NCBI RefSeq assembly: GCF_001194135.2
Contig: NC_068993.1
Coordinates: forward strand, 47,007,733 to 47,040,720
Direction of reading: 5' to 3'
DNA length: 32,988 bases
Origin: Octopus bimaculoides
Lineage: Eukaryota
Shown here: one piece after another, positions 11,439-22,813 of the stretch
How the letters are laid out: each line of letters begins with the position of its first letter
How positions within the stretch are numbered: position 1 is the stretch's first letter
Translations under genes and position numbers: made by a program
Notes under the pieces: model-generated
Seen by the model: only the letters and a program-made list of their open reading frames with translations
Told to the model about the DNA's origin: nothing
The model's database searches: none

Positions 11439-11830
11439 CAAAAACCTGGAAAAATTAGGGTTCTCAAAACCTGAAAGAAAAAGGCTGATTAGAAGACTAC
11501 AGATTCAAGCCATCAATGGAACTGTAAAGATATGTAAAATTTTCCAAAAATTTAGCACATAAATACATATGCATGCATCTAGACATAAAAACGCATCCAT
11601 AAAACAAACATACAAATCTGCGCATACACTAACACCAAATACTGCACACACATATGCACAAATACCTAGATGATGTTGATAAAAGTTCCAATGAAGGAGC
11701 CTTGAATCTATGTTAGAGTCCGGCTCTTTCTCTATGGACAAGAAATACAGAAATGAAACTGATTGATAACATACATACATACATACATACATGCATACAT
11801 GCATACATACATGCATACATACACACACAC
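11439..11830 (+). mobile_element. RLE-type (R4/Dong-like) non-LTR retroelement 3' end with (CATA)n tail
   Basis: KNLEKLGFSKPERKRLIRRLQIQAINGTVKICKIFQKFST* matches the C-terminus at 29521-29650 (-), followed by the shared 3' UTR and (ACAT)n. The 5' part is lost in the N gap. Confidence 0.8.
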
Positions 11831-12179
11831 AAACATGGCCGCAGTCGAATGACTGAAACTAATAACAAAAAAAAATATATATTGGTTAATTTCTTTTCCT
11901 AAAAACTTCGGTTTATCCTAATTGTCACTTAGGCATTTACTCACAAGTCCCTTTACATCAATTATTATTGGTATAAATGTGAATTTATACTAATAATTAT
12001 CTAGTCATAGAAGCTGGAGGTTTCGAAGCAGTTATCTGTATATATTCTCTTTCCCTTTCATTCTTGAAGAAGTATTGATATCTGCAGGCCAGTTAACCTC
12101 TTTACGGTACACTCTCTTTCTTGCATGTATGTAAGTATGTATGTATGTATGTATGTATGTATGTATGTATGTATGCGTA

Positions 12180-12275
12180 CTCTCTCTTTTACTTTTTTAC
12201 TTGTTTCAGTCGTTTGATTGCAGCCATGCTGGAGTCCGCCTTTAGTCGGGCAAATCGACCCCAGGACTTATTCTT
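12180..12275 (-). mobile_element. SINE family C (this label), 3' half
   Basis: Reverse complement reads aagaataagtcctggggtcgatttgcccgactaaaggcggactccagcatggctgcaatcaaacgactgaaacaagtaaaaagtaaaagag. Related pieces lie at 11833-11870, 22150-22262 and 23541-23602. Confidence 0.8.
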
Positions 12276-12746
12276 NNNNNNNNNNNNNNNNNNNNNNNNN
12301 NNNNNNNNNNNNNNNNNNNNNNNNNNNNNNNNNNNNNNNNNNNNNNNNNNNNNNNNNNNNNNNNNNNNNNNNNNNNNNNNNNNNNNNNNNNNNNNNNNNN
12401 NNNNNNNNNNNNNNNNNNNNNNNNNNNNNNNNNNNNNNNNNNNNNNNNNNNNNNNNNNNNNNNNNNNNNNNNNNNNNNNNNNNNNNNNNNNNNNNNNNNN
12501 NNNNNNNNNNNNNNNNNNNNNNNNNNNNNNNNNNNNNNNNNNNNNNNNNNNNNNNNNNNNNNNNNNNNNNNNNNNNNNNNNNNNNNNNNNNNNNNNNNNN
12601 NNNNNNNNNNNNNNNNNNNNNNNNNNNNNNNNNNNNNNNNNNNNNNNNNNNNNNNNNNNNNNNNNNNNNNNNNNNNNNNNNNNNNNNNNNNNNNNNNNNN
12701 NNNNNNNNNNNNNNNNNNNNNNNNNNNNNNNNNNNNNNNNNNNNNN

Positions 12747-12823
<77 letters not shown>

Positions 12824-12840
12824 ATATTTATATATATATA

Positions 12841-12999
12841 CGACGGGCTTCTTTCAGTTTCCGTCTATCAAATCCACTCACAAGGCTGTGGGCAGCCCGA
12901 GGGTATAGTAGAAGACACTTGCCCAAGGTGCCAGCAGTGGAATTGAACCCTGAACCATGTGGTTGGCAAGCAAGCTACTTACCACACAGCCACTCCTGC

Positions 13000-13000
<1 letters not shown>
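12841..13000 (-). mobile_element. tRNA-like SINE family B (this label), full length
   Basis: Reverse complement reads cgcaggagtggctgtgtggtaagtagcttgcttgccaaccacatggttcagggttcaattccactgctggcaccttgggcaagtgtcttctactatac...gacggaaactgaaagaagcccgtcg, with a tRNA-like head and an (AT)n tail. Confidence 0.9.
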
Positions 13001-13056
<56 letters not shown>

Positions 13057-14913
13057 CAATTGATGGCTTGTGAGAATAATTCACAAATTATTAGAGATCA
13101 CGTTGTTATACAATCTGCACATCTGTAGAAATGTGTAGTTGAAATAATTAATACGTCGATGAGATATTCTAGTCATTGAAGAACATACAAAACCTGTTGC
13201 ATGTACTTTTTGTTTATTTCCCAATAGAACTGGTTTTGCGTTATGAATTGAGGTCACGGTCACCTCTCTGCTGAAATTATGTTGCGCGTCGAAATTGTTC
13301 GTGCATATTTCTTTAATCTCCAAATGGAATTATTTATATCATATCCGCTGATTTTGTGCATGTATGTGTGTGTGTTTATGTGTGTATGTGTGTGTGTGTG
13401 TGTGTGCGTGTGTGTGTGTGTACGAACACACACACAGCACAAACTCAGACGGCCGGGGGAAACAACTGGGTTAAAAATTGATATATATATTTGATATGTA
13501 TATATATGACATGTGTGTGGAGATAGATATGTGTGTATTCAAATGTATATATACATACATGCATACACATATATACACACACACACATATATATATATGT
13601 ATGTATATATATATATAAACAATATATGAGTATATGCATATATATGTACATGTATGTATATACGTTCATCCACATGTACATATAGATACATAACTGGGTA
13701 CATGACGTGGCAAAAGAACAAGGACAAAAATGGTAAACAAGGTGCAACAAACAAGCAGGCCACATAGAAACATCCCCTTCATCAGCTGCCACCATTAAAA
13801 CTCCGGCGTTTCGAAGAATTAAAGCAGTACGCATCGTTAAAATGGTTCTTTCCACGAACACAAATTAAATTGTTTTCATGGAGGGTAGTGGCGGACGGAA
13901 AACAAGACAGGAAAACGAAACGGTGAAATAAACANNNNNNNNNNNNNNNNNNNNNNNNNNNNNNNNNNNNNNNNNNNNNNNNNNNNNNNNNNNNNNNNNN
14001 NNNNNNNNNNNNNNNNNNNNNNNNNNNNNNNNNNNNNNNNNNNNNNNNNNNNNNNNNNNNNNNNNNNNNNNNNNNNNNNNNNNNNNNNNNNNNNNNNNNN
14101 NNNNNNNNNNNNNNNNNNNNNNNNNNNNNNNNNNNNNNNNNNNNNNNNNNNNNNNNNNNNNNNNNNNNNNNNNNNNNNNNNNNNNNNNNNNNNNNNNNNN
14201 NNNNNNNNNNNNNNNNNNNNNNNNNNNNNNNNNNNNNNNNNNNNNNNNNNNNNNNNNNNNNNNNNNNNNNNNNNNNNNNNNNNNNNNNNNNNNNNNNNNN
14301 NNNNNNNNNNNNNNNNNNNNNNNNNNNNNNNNNNNNNNNNNNNNNNNNNNNNNNNNNNNNNNNNNNNNNNNNNNNNNNNNNNNNNNNNNNNNNNNNNNNN
14401 NNNNNNNNNNNNNNNNNNNNNNNNNNNNNNNNNNNNNNNNNNNNNNNNNNNNNNNNNNNNNNNNNNNNNNNNNNNNNNNNNNNNNNNNNNNNNNNNNNNN
14501 NNNNNNNNNNNNNNNNNNNNNNNNNNNNNNNNNNNNNNNNNNNNNNNNNNNNNNNNNNNNNNNNNNNNNNNNNNNNNNNNNNNNNNNNNNNNNNNNNNNN
14601 NNNNNNNNNNNNNNNNNNNNNNNNNNNNNNNNNNNNNNNNNNNNNNNNNNNNNNNNNNNNNNNNNNNNNNNNNNNNNNNNNNNNNNNNNNNNNNNNNNNN
14701 NNNNNNNNNNNNNNNNNNNNNNNNNNNNNNNNNNNNNNNNNNNNNNNNNNNNNNNNNNNNNNNNNNNNNNNNNNNNNNNNNNNNNNNNNNNNNNNNNNNN
14801 NNNNNNNNNNNNNNNNNNNNNNNNNNNNNNNNNNNNNNNNNNNNNNNNNNNNNNNNNNNNNNNNNNNNNNNNNNNNNNNNNNNNNNNNNNNNNNNNNNTA
14901 TATATATACATAC

Positions 14914-14956
<43 letters not shown>

Positions 14957-15174
14957 ACAATTACTAAAGAACTACCAATAATTAAATGCCTTTACGATAT
15001 TTAAATTGGAAGACTTATAACATACGGCATGTATATCCAAATAATCTTTTAATGCATTCGATATATTTGAAAAACGAGGAAGCTGGTCTGTGAGAAAATG
15101 AGAAAAGACGAGAAGTCACAAAAATGCGAAAGAGGTAGATGCAAAAAGTGGAATGCAAAGGAAGAAAAGCAAAG

Positions 15175-15298
15175 CATGATTGTATGGAAAGAAGCTTGAT
15201 TCCCAACAACACAGTTCCGGTTTTAGTCCCACTGCGTGGCAACCTGAGCAAGTGTTTTCTACTATAGCTGCGGGCCGAGAAAAACCTTGTGAGTGCAT
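15175..15298 (+). mobile_element. SINE B, degenerate and 3'-truncated
   Basis: Aligns to the reverse complement of 12841-13000 (ttcccaac..cagttccggttttagtcccactgcgtggcaacctgagcaagtgttttctactatagc). Confidence 0.8.
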
Positions 15299-15733
15299 GT
15301 ACGCTATATAGACGACTGTATAGGTGCTATATATACCATATATATATTTTGCCCCATGTGGACCGGCTCGGTGCAAAACAAGCCATAACGCAGCCAGATT
15401 TATAACCTGACAGACATAGAATTTTACCACCCACTCCGCCGATGCCACCAGGATAGTTTCTTTCCCTAAACATGAACGTTGAATCTATACAACATACGAA
15501 CTCCACACATAGAATATACATGCCTCCCTCTTCCCGTCATGCACCTGTAAAAGTAATGTCAATTTGATGGCGAGAGTGAGCTGATCTGAACACAAGCAGT
15601 TGACCACTATAAAACAAATCATATCGTCTGTGTTGCTGTTGAGCAAGACAGTGTAGAACCCTCATGCGTCGTCCAACAACGCGAGAGTCTATGATCTGTG
15701 TGCATGAGTAATGTAAGAATGTATGTATGTATG

Positions 15734-15767
<34 letters not shown>

Positions 15768-15859
15768 TGTATGAGAGCATGTGTGTGTGTGTGTATGTGC
15801 GTACACATATACCCGTATACTCGGCTAATATTTGGAATAACCATTGACATGCAGTCACT

Positions 15860-16180
15860 AATTCATCGTCTTCATAACCTTCATCGTAATAACCATGATT
15901 ACCGTTACCGCTAACATCATAGCGATCATAACAAAAAAAATCCCATCATAAGCAATACCGTCGACATCACTATCACCAATAGCAAACACTGACAATACCA
16001 CTACCATTGATAGCAACTCGACCTCCGAGACTAACTGAACCATCGCCACCACCACCACCACCACCATTACAACCACCAACAGTACAACTTTGATCAACAA
16101 CAACAAAAACATCAAAAGTTTATCAAGAGGAACGCCATCACTACCACCAGAACCGCCGCCAATGATATCACCGCCACTTT
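15860..16180. repeat. Cryptic trinucleotide low-complexity tract (ACC/ATC/AAC)
   Basis: Degenerate triplet periodicity that yields the poly-Val ORF at 15858-16115. Confidence 0.75.
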
Positions 16181-16297
16181 AACTAGTCATATCTAATTTC
16201 TCACTCAACATCTGCATAAATGTACATACATATACAGGCTCTAATACACACACATATTTAACAGCGCAAGCGCATACAGATAGACAAGCGAACACAC

Positions 16298-16403
<106 letters not shown>

Positions 16404-16824
16404 ACACACACACACACATACAAATTGGCAATTGGCATTCGTAAATTTTTAAAATAGTAATTTCTCTTCTGCGCTTTTCATGTAATCTTGGTTTTATGTT
16501 TGTGAATGTTTGTCCATGTGTGCGTGCACACGTGCGTCCGTATGTGTATGTGCGTGCATATGTATGCGTGTGTGTGTTTCTATGTGGTTTCTACATCTGT
16601 GTGTGTGAGTTTATGCGTGTATTTTCAGTGGCAGTGAAATATACGCGCATAAACTATTGACTATTCTCTTGTGATTGCCTGTATGTGAAAACGTGCGCCA
16701 TTTTGTTTGGAATACATTCACACATGATTTCATATATGTATCTCTATATTTTTGCATGTGTGTGTATATATGCATATCTGTCTGTCTGTCTGTATACGTC
16801 CCCGTAACTTTTCGGTTCGGCAGC

Positions 16825-17189
16825 TACGCTCAACAGAAAATTTCTACACTTTCACCAATCACAATTTCTGGCTTCCCAATTTCCTCGATTGTAATCCCAT
16901 TACTATGTGTGGGGCACGGGTGAGAAAGACACCACATACACAGCGTGCAACACCGAGGCCGAGCTGGTGGCCAAGATCAAGGAGGTGTTTGAAGAGTTTC
17001 CCAGGGTAACAATGAGGAACGCATGCGCCCAGTTCCAGAGCCGTTTTGAGTCCGTGGGAGAAGCCTAGGGCGTGTACTTTGAATAATCTGTCACCACCGA
17101 GTCACAGCCTAGTTGATGTTTTTTGATTCTTTAAAATATTTTGTGTTCATTTTCTTTCATGCAAACTGTCATATTAAATACACCCAGTA
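16825..17189 (+). mobile_element. Tc1/mariner-superfamily (maT/DD37D-like) transposase C-terminal remnant plus right end
   Basis: NFWLPNFLDCNP / YYVWGTGEKDT..ELVAKIKEVFEEFPRVTMRNACAQFQSRFESVGEA*GVYFE* (cf. WPPNSPDLNPLDYxVWG). The terminus cacccag-TA at 17181-17189 fits a TA-flanked TIR end. The DD spacing itself cannot be seen. Confidence 0.8.
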
Positions 17190-17974
17190 CATACATATTA
17201 CACTCTATACTTTGACCATATATATATGTATATATATATATATATATATACACATACACACACATGCGGAGTAGATGGAACAGGGACAACTGCATGTCTC
17301 ACTTCTCTGTTTGTTTTTTTCGCTGTTGGAAAAAAGTTGCGTTTTGTGTTTTCGTTTTTATGTTTTCGTTTCCCATTGTGTTTAACGTTTTTCTTGTTGT
17401 TCTGTACCCATGTAAGCATGTATGTATACATATAGATGTAGGTATGTACATATATGTATGGATATATTCATATATTTAAATAATACTTATCTTCGAAACG
17501 ACTAGTTTTAGAATAGAAGCAGCTTATGAAGGAATAATTCCAAGTGGCTTGTTTGTTTTCCTATGTGTTCGTTCTGTTGTCTGTGAACAAAGTCCGTTTT
17601 GTTTTTATGTCCCCATTTATCTTTCGAATGTCCTGTACCCGGATATGCATCTAATATACATGTAGATGTAGGCATGTACATATATGTATGTATACATGAA
17701 TATGCTTATATATCATTTGTAGTATATATNNNNNNNNNNNNNNNNNNNNNNNNNNNNNNNNNNNNNNNNNNNNNNNNNNNNNNNNNNNNNNNNNNNNNNN
17801 NNNNATATATATATACGATCAGGCATGCAAAATCGGTAGATATTATGTACACTATTTACATTAGTAGGGCTGTTGTATGCTCCAGCTTTGTGATTCACTT
17901 TCATGACTTGCCTGAGATCGAACGTAGTACCTTTAGGTAACTGCACTGCATTAACCAACACCTTTATCCATTAC

Positions 17975-18610
17975 GCTATGCCCGTAGGCAGTGACAGAAT
18001 GAATTCACAACAGCCGACAGAAAGTGGAAGAAACAATCAAGATGTTTGAAACAGTGTACATAATATAAATTTCTCATCTCGGAAATATTGAATCGGTAGA
18101 TTTGTAATTTCAAAATCTACTACGCACACACATACGTGCGCAAACACAACACACATACACATCACACACACACACACTCACACATACATACACATCCACA
18201 AATGCACAAACACACATATTCATACAAACATACGCATACACGCATGCGCACATAACTCTTTCGATTCAGTGTTTCCATCTGCAACAGATTTCTCAGTAAG
18301 ACTTTCTGCATAGAAACAATCGCATATTACTAATATATAGAAGTCAGCATTTGTGAAAGTAAGGCCGTTATAGATTCACAATTGTTATTGAACAGTAGGA
18401 GATCTCTAAAGTCAGTGTTTAAATGATAAACGTCTTCAAACTTGTGACCGACCCCAGATCTTTTATTAATGGTTCATAATGTTTATGAAACTCTAGTATT
18501 TCTATATTTTGAATAAGTACCTTTCTGATCTTTCTGACCTTCTGTATTTTCGAGTTATCTATACTGGATATTACTGGCATTAATATACTTATATATTTAT
18601 TACTAATTTT
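17975..18610 (-). pseudogene. Decayed coding segment, copy A (unknown protein)
   Basis: Paralogous to 19470-19995: IRKVLIQNIEILEFHKHYEPLIKDLGSVTSLKTFII / RSPTVQ*QL*IYNGLTFTNADFYIL..ESLTEKSVADG / LKLQIY. It is split by a CA-rich microsatellite at 18120-18250. Confidence 0.5.
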
Positions 18611-18618
18611 AATGTTGG

Positions 18619-18835
18619 TAAGACTGTGAGCTGGAGAAATCATTAGGACATCGAATATCATGCCTAGTGTAATTTCTTCTGAATCATTATGCTCTGAGTT
18701 CAAATTTCCGGCAGGGTCAACTTTATGTTTCATTTCTCTGGGGTCAATAAAGAAAGTAGTATTCAATGAGTGATGTTGATCTTAGCTAATTCCTTCCATC
18801 AGAAGTGTTGTCTCTGGACCAAAATTTGAAATTAT
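18619..18835 (+). mobile_element. Old SINE A copy
   Basis: aagactgtgagctggagaaatcattagg...gctctgagttcaaatt...gtcaacttt...ggggtcaataaag aligns to SINE A. It explains the N-terminal part of ORF 18419-18766. Confidence 0.75.
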
Positions 18836-18849
18836 GATTATTATAGTGG

Positions 18850-19030
18850 GTAAGGCCCCGAGCTAGAAGACTCGTTAGAATACCGGAAAAAAATGTTTTG
18901 CGATATTTCTTCCTGAACCTTTCCGTTCTAGTTTCAAATCACGCCAAGGTCAGATCTGTCTTTCATTCTTCTGAGGTCTATAAAAAGAAATACGATTGAG
19001 GTAGAGATGTAGACTGTATCGATTTATCTT
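18850..19030 (+). mobile_element. Old SINE A copy
   Basis: aaggccccgagctagaagactcgttag...gttctagtttcaaatcacgccaaggtc...ctttcattc aligns to SINE A. Confidence 0.65.
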
Positions 19031-19120
19031 TCCTTCCGAATATTGCTGATCTTGTGCATGAATCAAAAACCAAAGGTGGCGAGAAGGTACAATCATTATA
19101 ACGTCAGTAAAAATTACTTT

Positions 19121-19250
19121 GTGGAGGCGCAATGGCACAGAAGTTAGGGCAGCGAACTCGCGATCGGAGGATCGCGGTTTCGATTCGCAGACCGGGCGTT
19201 GTGTGTGTTTATTTAGTGAAAACACCTAAAGCTCCACGAGGCTCCGGCAG
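19121..19250 (+). mobile_element. tRNA-derived SINE of a fourth family (tRNA-like head, not a tRNA gene)
   Basis: ggaggcgcaatggcacagaagttagggcagcgaactcgcgatcggaggatcgcggtttcgattcgcagacc has A- and B-box-like motifs but no closed acceptor stem. It runs on into a non-tRNA body and a (GT)n tail. Confidence 0.65.
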
Positions 19251-19469
19251 GTGTGTGTGTGTGTGTATTGTCCCATTAATTCTGGGATGTATTTCAATCG
19301 AAAGTAACTAGGATTTGAACAAACGTATACATTAAAAATATGTATCCTACAATTATGTGTTATCTTGTATGTAGGGGCATATGCGTATATACTTTCATTT
19401 ATATGCATGAGCATGTTCGCGTATCATGCATATAAATGTGTGTGAGGGGTATATATAATATATATGCAT

Positions 19470-19601
19470 GTAAATAATTGTGTTTCTGTGACTTATTCTC
19501 TATGTGGATTTCTAACACATAGATTTGTAATTTCAGCCTCCGTTCAGCCTTTCCACCTGCAAAAGATTTCTCAATAAGATCGTGTGCAATATCATCTTAC
19601 T

Positions 19602-19667
<66 letters not shown>

Positions 19668-19995
19668 TACATCTATACAAGTGTGAGTGCATATATATAT
19701 ATGTATTATAGCTCTCTAGATGTATGTACGGATGTATGTACGAATCAGTATTTGTTAATATAAACGAATCACCCTTTATGAATCGAAAGCCATTATAGAC
19801 CCTCAAATAATGTAGAACTGTGGGAGATCTAAAATTGCATTCTCAGTGATAAATTTCTTCCAAATTCTTATTCCCAATTCGTAATTAAAAGTTTATGCTG
19901 TTTATGAAACAATATTTCTATACTTGTAATAAGCATCCGTTCCATCATTCAGCTCAGATATTTGCATTGAATTGTATTACTAATAACGCTTTCAC
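19470..19995 (-). pseudogene. Decayed coding segment, copy B (paralog of copy A)
   Basis: MERMLITSIEILFHKQHKLLITN / KKFITEN / NFRSPTVLHYLRVYNGFRFIKGDSFIL / DDIAHDLIEKSFAGGKAERRLKLQIY. It is split by a microsatellite at 19604-19740. Confidence 0.5.
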
Positions 19996-20004
19996 TATTA
20001 TTGT

Positions 20005-20200
20005 TCGTGCCCCTGCTGGCAGACACGTTAATACGTTGAGCAAAATGCTTAGTAGCATTTTTCCCGCTTCCTTCATTTTCTATGTTCAGATTCCACCGAG
20101 GTTGATTTTTGCATTTCATCCTTTTCGATAAACTAAGCACCAGTTGAACACTGGAGTCAGTGTAAATGACTATCCTAATCCCTTAATATTACTGGCCTTA
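20005..20200 (+). mobile_element. Old SINE A copy whose tail is interrupted by the younger dimer
   Basis: ctggcagacacgttaatacg..aaatgcttagtagcattt..ttccaccgaggttgattttgcatttcatcc..aagcaccagttgaacactggagtc aligns to SINE A. Confidence 0.75.
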
Positions 20201-20203
20201 TAT

Positions 20204-20633
20204 GGAGGCGAGCTGGCAGAAACGTTAGCACGCCGGGCGAAATGCTTAGCAGTATTTCGTCTGTGTTTATGTTCTGAGTTTAAATTCCGCCGAGGTCGAC
20301 TTTGACTTTCATCCATTTCGGGGTCAATTAAATAAGTACCAGTTACGCACTGGGGTCGATATAATCGACTTAATTCGTTTGTCTGTCCTTGTTTGTCCCC
20401 TCTGTGTGTAGCCCCTTGTGGGCAGTAAAGAAATAAGAAACGTTAGCGCAACGGGCGAAATGCTCACTAGTATTTCGTCTGTCTTTACGTTCTGAGTTCA
20501 AATTCCGCCGAGGTCGACTTTGACTTTCATCCTTTCGGGGTCGATAAATTAAGTACCGGTTGCATACTGGAGTCGACCTAATCGACTGGCACCATCCGCC
20601 AAAATTTCGGGCCTTGTGCCTAGAGTAGAAAAG
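20204..20633 (+). mobile_element. Head-to-tail dimeric SINE A with a probable 19-bp target-site duplication
   Basis: Unit 1 spans 20204-20436. Unit 2 lacks the first ~15 nt and has a different tail. The flanks are aatattactggccttatat (20185-20203) and aatattgctggctttatat (20634-20652), 17/19 identical. Confidence 0.85.
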
Positions 20634-21057
20634 AATATTGCTGGCTTTATATATTTAGTAGAAGCAATTATTTGTGTGAGGGATGTGATAAGCAAAAGAC
20701 AAAATCAGTTGCGTGTCTACTAAAGTAATTAGAAGCTTTTACATTTTGATTTCAAATCTCGCTGCAATCGGTTTATCAATTCATTGGGGTGGGATCCATA
20801 AAATAAGCTATTAATTAAAAAAACAAGTATGTATACACATTTTTAATGATTATACCAACCTATATTTTTAATCTAAGGCTGTTTCACGTTGTTATTTTAA
20901 GCTAGAGCTATTAGGGTTGTGGAAGACAGCAATCTGGCAAAATCGTTAGTATATCGGATAAAATGCTCAATATAATTGAGTCAAAAGTTTTTTCCCATAT
21001 TTTGGTAACTTATTTGCTTTATTCATTAGATTACAAAAAAAAAAATAAAAGAGCAAC

Positions 21058-21336
21058 CTAGCATTCAAAGTAGAGGCAATCATGTTGCACCCTTTGAACC
21101 TGCCGTTCTGTCAGTTCTTTGAACCTGCCGTTCTGTCAGTTCTTTGAACCTGCCGTTCTGTCAGCTCTTTGATCCCACGATGATACAAGTTCTTGTCCTT
21201 CGAGACGAAGAACTCTTTTACTGAAGCTTCCATCTCCTCTTGGTTGATGAAACGTCGCGAACGCAGGGAATGAGCCATAGATCGGAACAACTAATAATCT
21301 GAGGGAGCTAGTTCCAGACTATATGCTGGCTGTGGC
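21058..21336 (-). mobile_element. Mariner (DD34D-type) transposase C-terminal remnant
   Basis: PQPAYSLELAPSDY*LFRSMAHSLRSRRFINQEEMEASVKEFFVSKDKNLYHRGIKELTER...CLYFE (cf. PHPPYSPDLAPSDYHLFRS). Confidence 0.9.
21092..21166 (+). repeat. 3 x 25-bp tandem repeat inside the mariner remnant
   Basis: ctttgaacctgccgttctgtcagtt occurs at 21092, 21117 and 21142; the last copy has one mismatch. Confidence 0.95.
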
Positions 21337-21369
21337 ATTTGTTCGATTCCCTCACGTTCCTGAAGTCTG

Positions 21370-21541
21370 CGGCATTTCATTCGTCCTTACTTCCTGAGTT
21401 CAAATTTTCCCGAGGTCAACTTTGCCTTTCATCATTTCGGAGGTCGATAAAATACGTACCGGTTGAGAACTGGGGTCGATCGAATTAATTTACTCTCCTC
21501 CCACGAAATTGCTGGCTTTTTGCAAAGTTTGAAATCAATAT
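21370..21541 (+). mobile_element. 5'-degraded SINE A
   Basis: cctgagttcaaattttcccgaggtcaactttgcctttcatcatttcgg..gtacc..ctggggtcgat aligns to SINE A. Confidence 0.8.
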
Positions 21542-22149
21542 TTTAAACCATTTTTCTAGTTTACATTTGGGTTTGAACCTTATTGAGCCTCATCTTTGTT
21601 TCTGAGATTTTTAAAAGTTGACCATATATCTCTTTTGTACATTCAGATCTGTTCGTTTTTTTTCTTTTTTCGTTTTTTTTCTTTTTTCGTTTTTTTTCTT
21701 TTTTCGTTTTTTTTTTTTTTTTGATCACTTTATATTCTCTCGTTGTTTCAGATATTTTTTCATGCTTGAGAATTCTTAGTTGGGAATTTGTTTGAATACG
21801 TTTTCTCCATACNNNNNNNNNNNNNNNNNNNNNNNNNNNNNNNNNNNNNNNNNNNNNNNNNNNNNNNNNNNNNNNNNNNNNNNNNNNNNNNNNNNNNNNN
21901 NNNNNNNNNNNNNNNNNNNNNNNNNNNNNNNNNNNNNNNNNNNNNNNNNNNNNNNNNNNNNNNNNNNNNNNNNNNNNNNNNNNNNNNNNNNNNNNNNNNN
22001 NNNNNNNNNNNNNNNNNNNNNNNNNNNNNATATATATATATATGCATGTACATCTTTGTACTTGTGTTTGTTCTTTACACCGCTTGATAGCTGTTGCTGA
22101 CTTGTTTACATTCGGCAAAGAAAAAAAAAACAAAACAAAAAAAACGACT

Positions 22150-22262
22150 GAATAAGCACCAAACCTAGGATATACGTTCTGGGGTCGATTTGTTCGACTA
22201 AACCCTTCAAGACTGTGCCGCAGCATGCCCGCAACTCAATGAGTGGATCAAGAAAAAGAGAA
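22150..22262 (+). mobile_element. SINE C fragment
   Basis: gttctggggtcgatttgttcgactaaa...gtgccgcagcatgcccgcaactcaatga matches the reverse complement of 12180-12275. Confidence 0.7.
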
Positions 22263-22765
22263 ACATTTAGCTGTTATTTCTAGCATTTAAGCAGGCACTA
22301 GAAGCTACCTCATCAACTCATATAATATATTGATAATAGTGAAATTGCTAGGAGTTGATATCCATATAATCAGCGGCATTTTTGATACGTTCTACATTAT
22401 TCCACATAAAAATGACATCGTTTTGTACTATTTTGGCAAGAACATCAATCATATATGAGGAACTGATATTATCTTGATTATATTTTGGAACATTTATAAT
22501 ATCTGCTACAAAAATATCAGCGAAGCCGACATTTTCGCTTACAAATTGGAGTCTCTGCAGCTTCACTATCTCATTTATTCATGGCATATTTTACAACAAA
22601 TTTTTGTTCTCAGATTGTAATAGTGTAATGACATAACTTTTGAAATATCTGATATGATGCAACCAGTCTATAATTCAAGTGATATTGATTCCATTCCACA
22701 AACATACGCATACACACGCACTGGTGTGCATGTATGTATGTATGTATGTATGTATGTATGTATGC

Positions 22766-22813
<48 letters not shown>

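Noticed and set aside
13081-13323. 80-codon non-repeat minus-strand ORF
   Set aside because: A few ORFs of this length are expected by chance in this much AT-rich sequence, and it has no motif or paralog in the window.
9508-14960. Long ORFs of 170-390 aa
   Set aside because: They are mostly X residues read through N gaps.
15327-15560. Strong minus-strand acceptor attacttttacag and GC-richer block
   Set aside because: All three frames stop within about 30 codons of the acceptor, and no product is recognisable.
17400-17710. Two similar ~65-bp segments (ctgtaccc...tagatgtagg.atgtacatatatgtatg) about 230 bp apart
   Set aside because: The sequence is low-complexity and microsatellite-like; at most this is a trivial local duplication.
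18619-18766. Apparent splice acceptor (atgatttctccag) and N-terminus of ORF 18419-18766
   Set aside because: It lies in the antisense strand of an old SINE A head.
19121-19195. tRNA gene
   Set aside because: No complete cloverleaf can be formed, and it continues into a SINE body.
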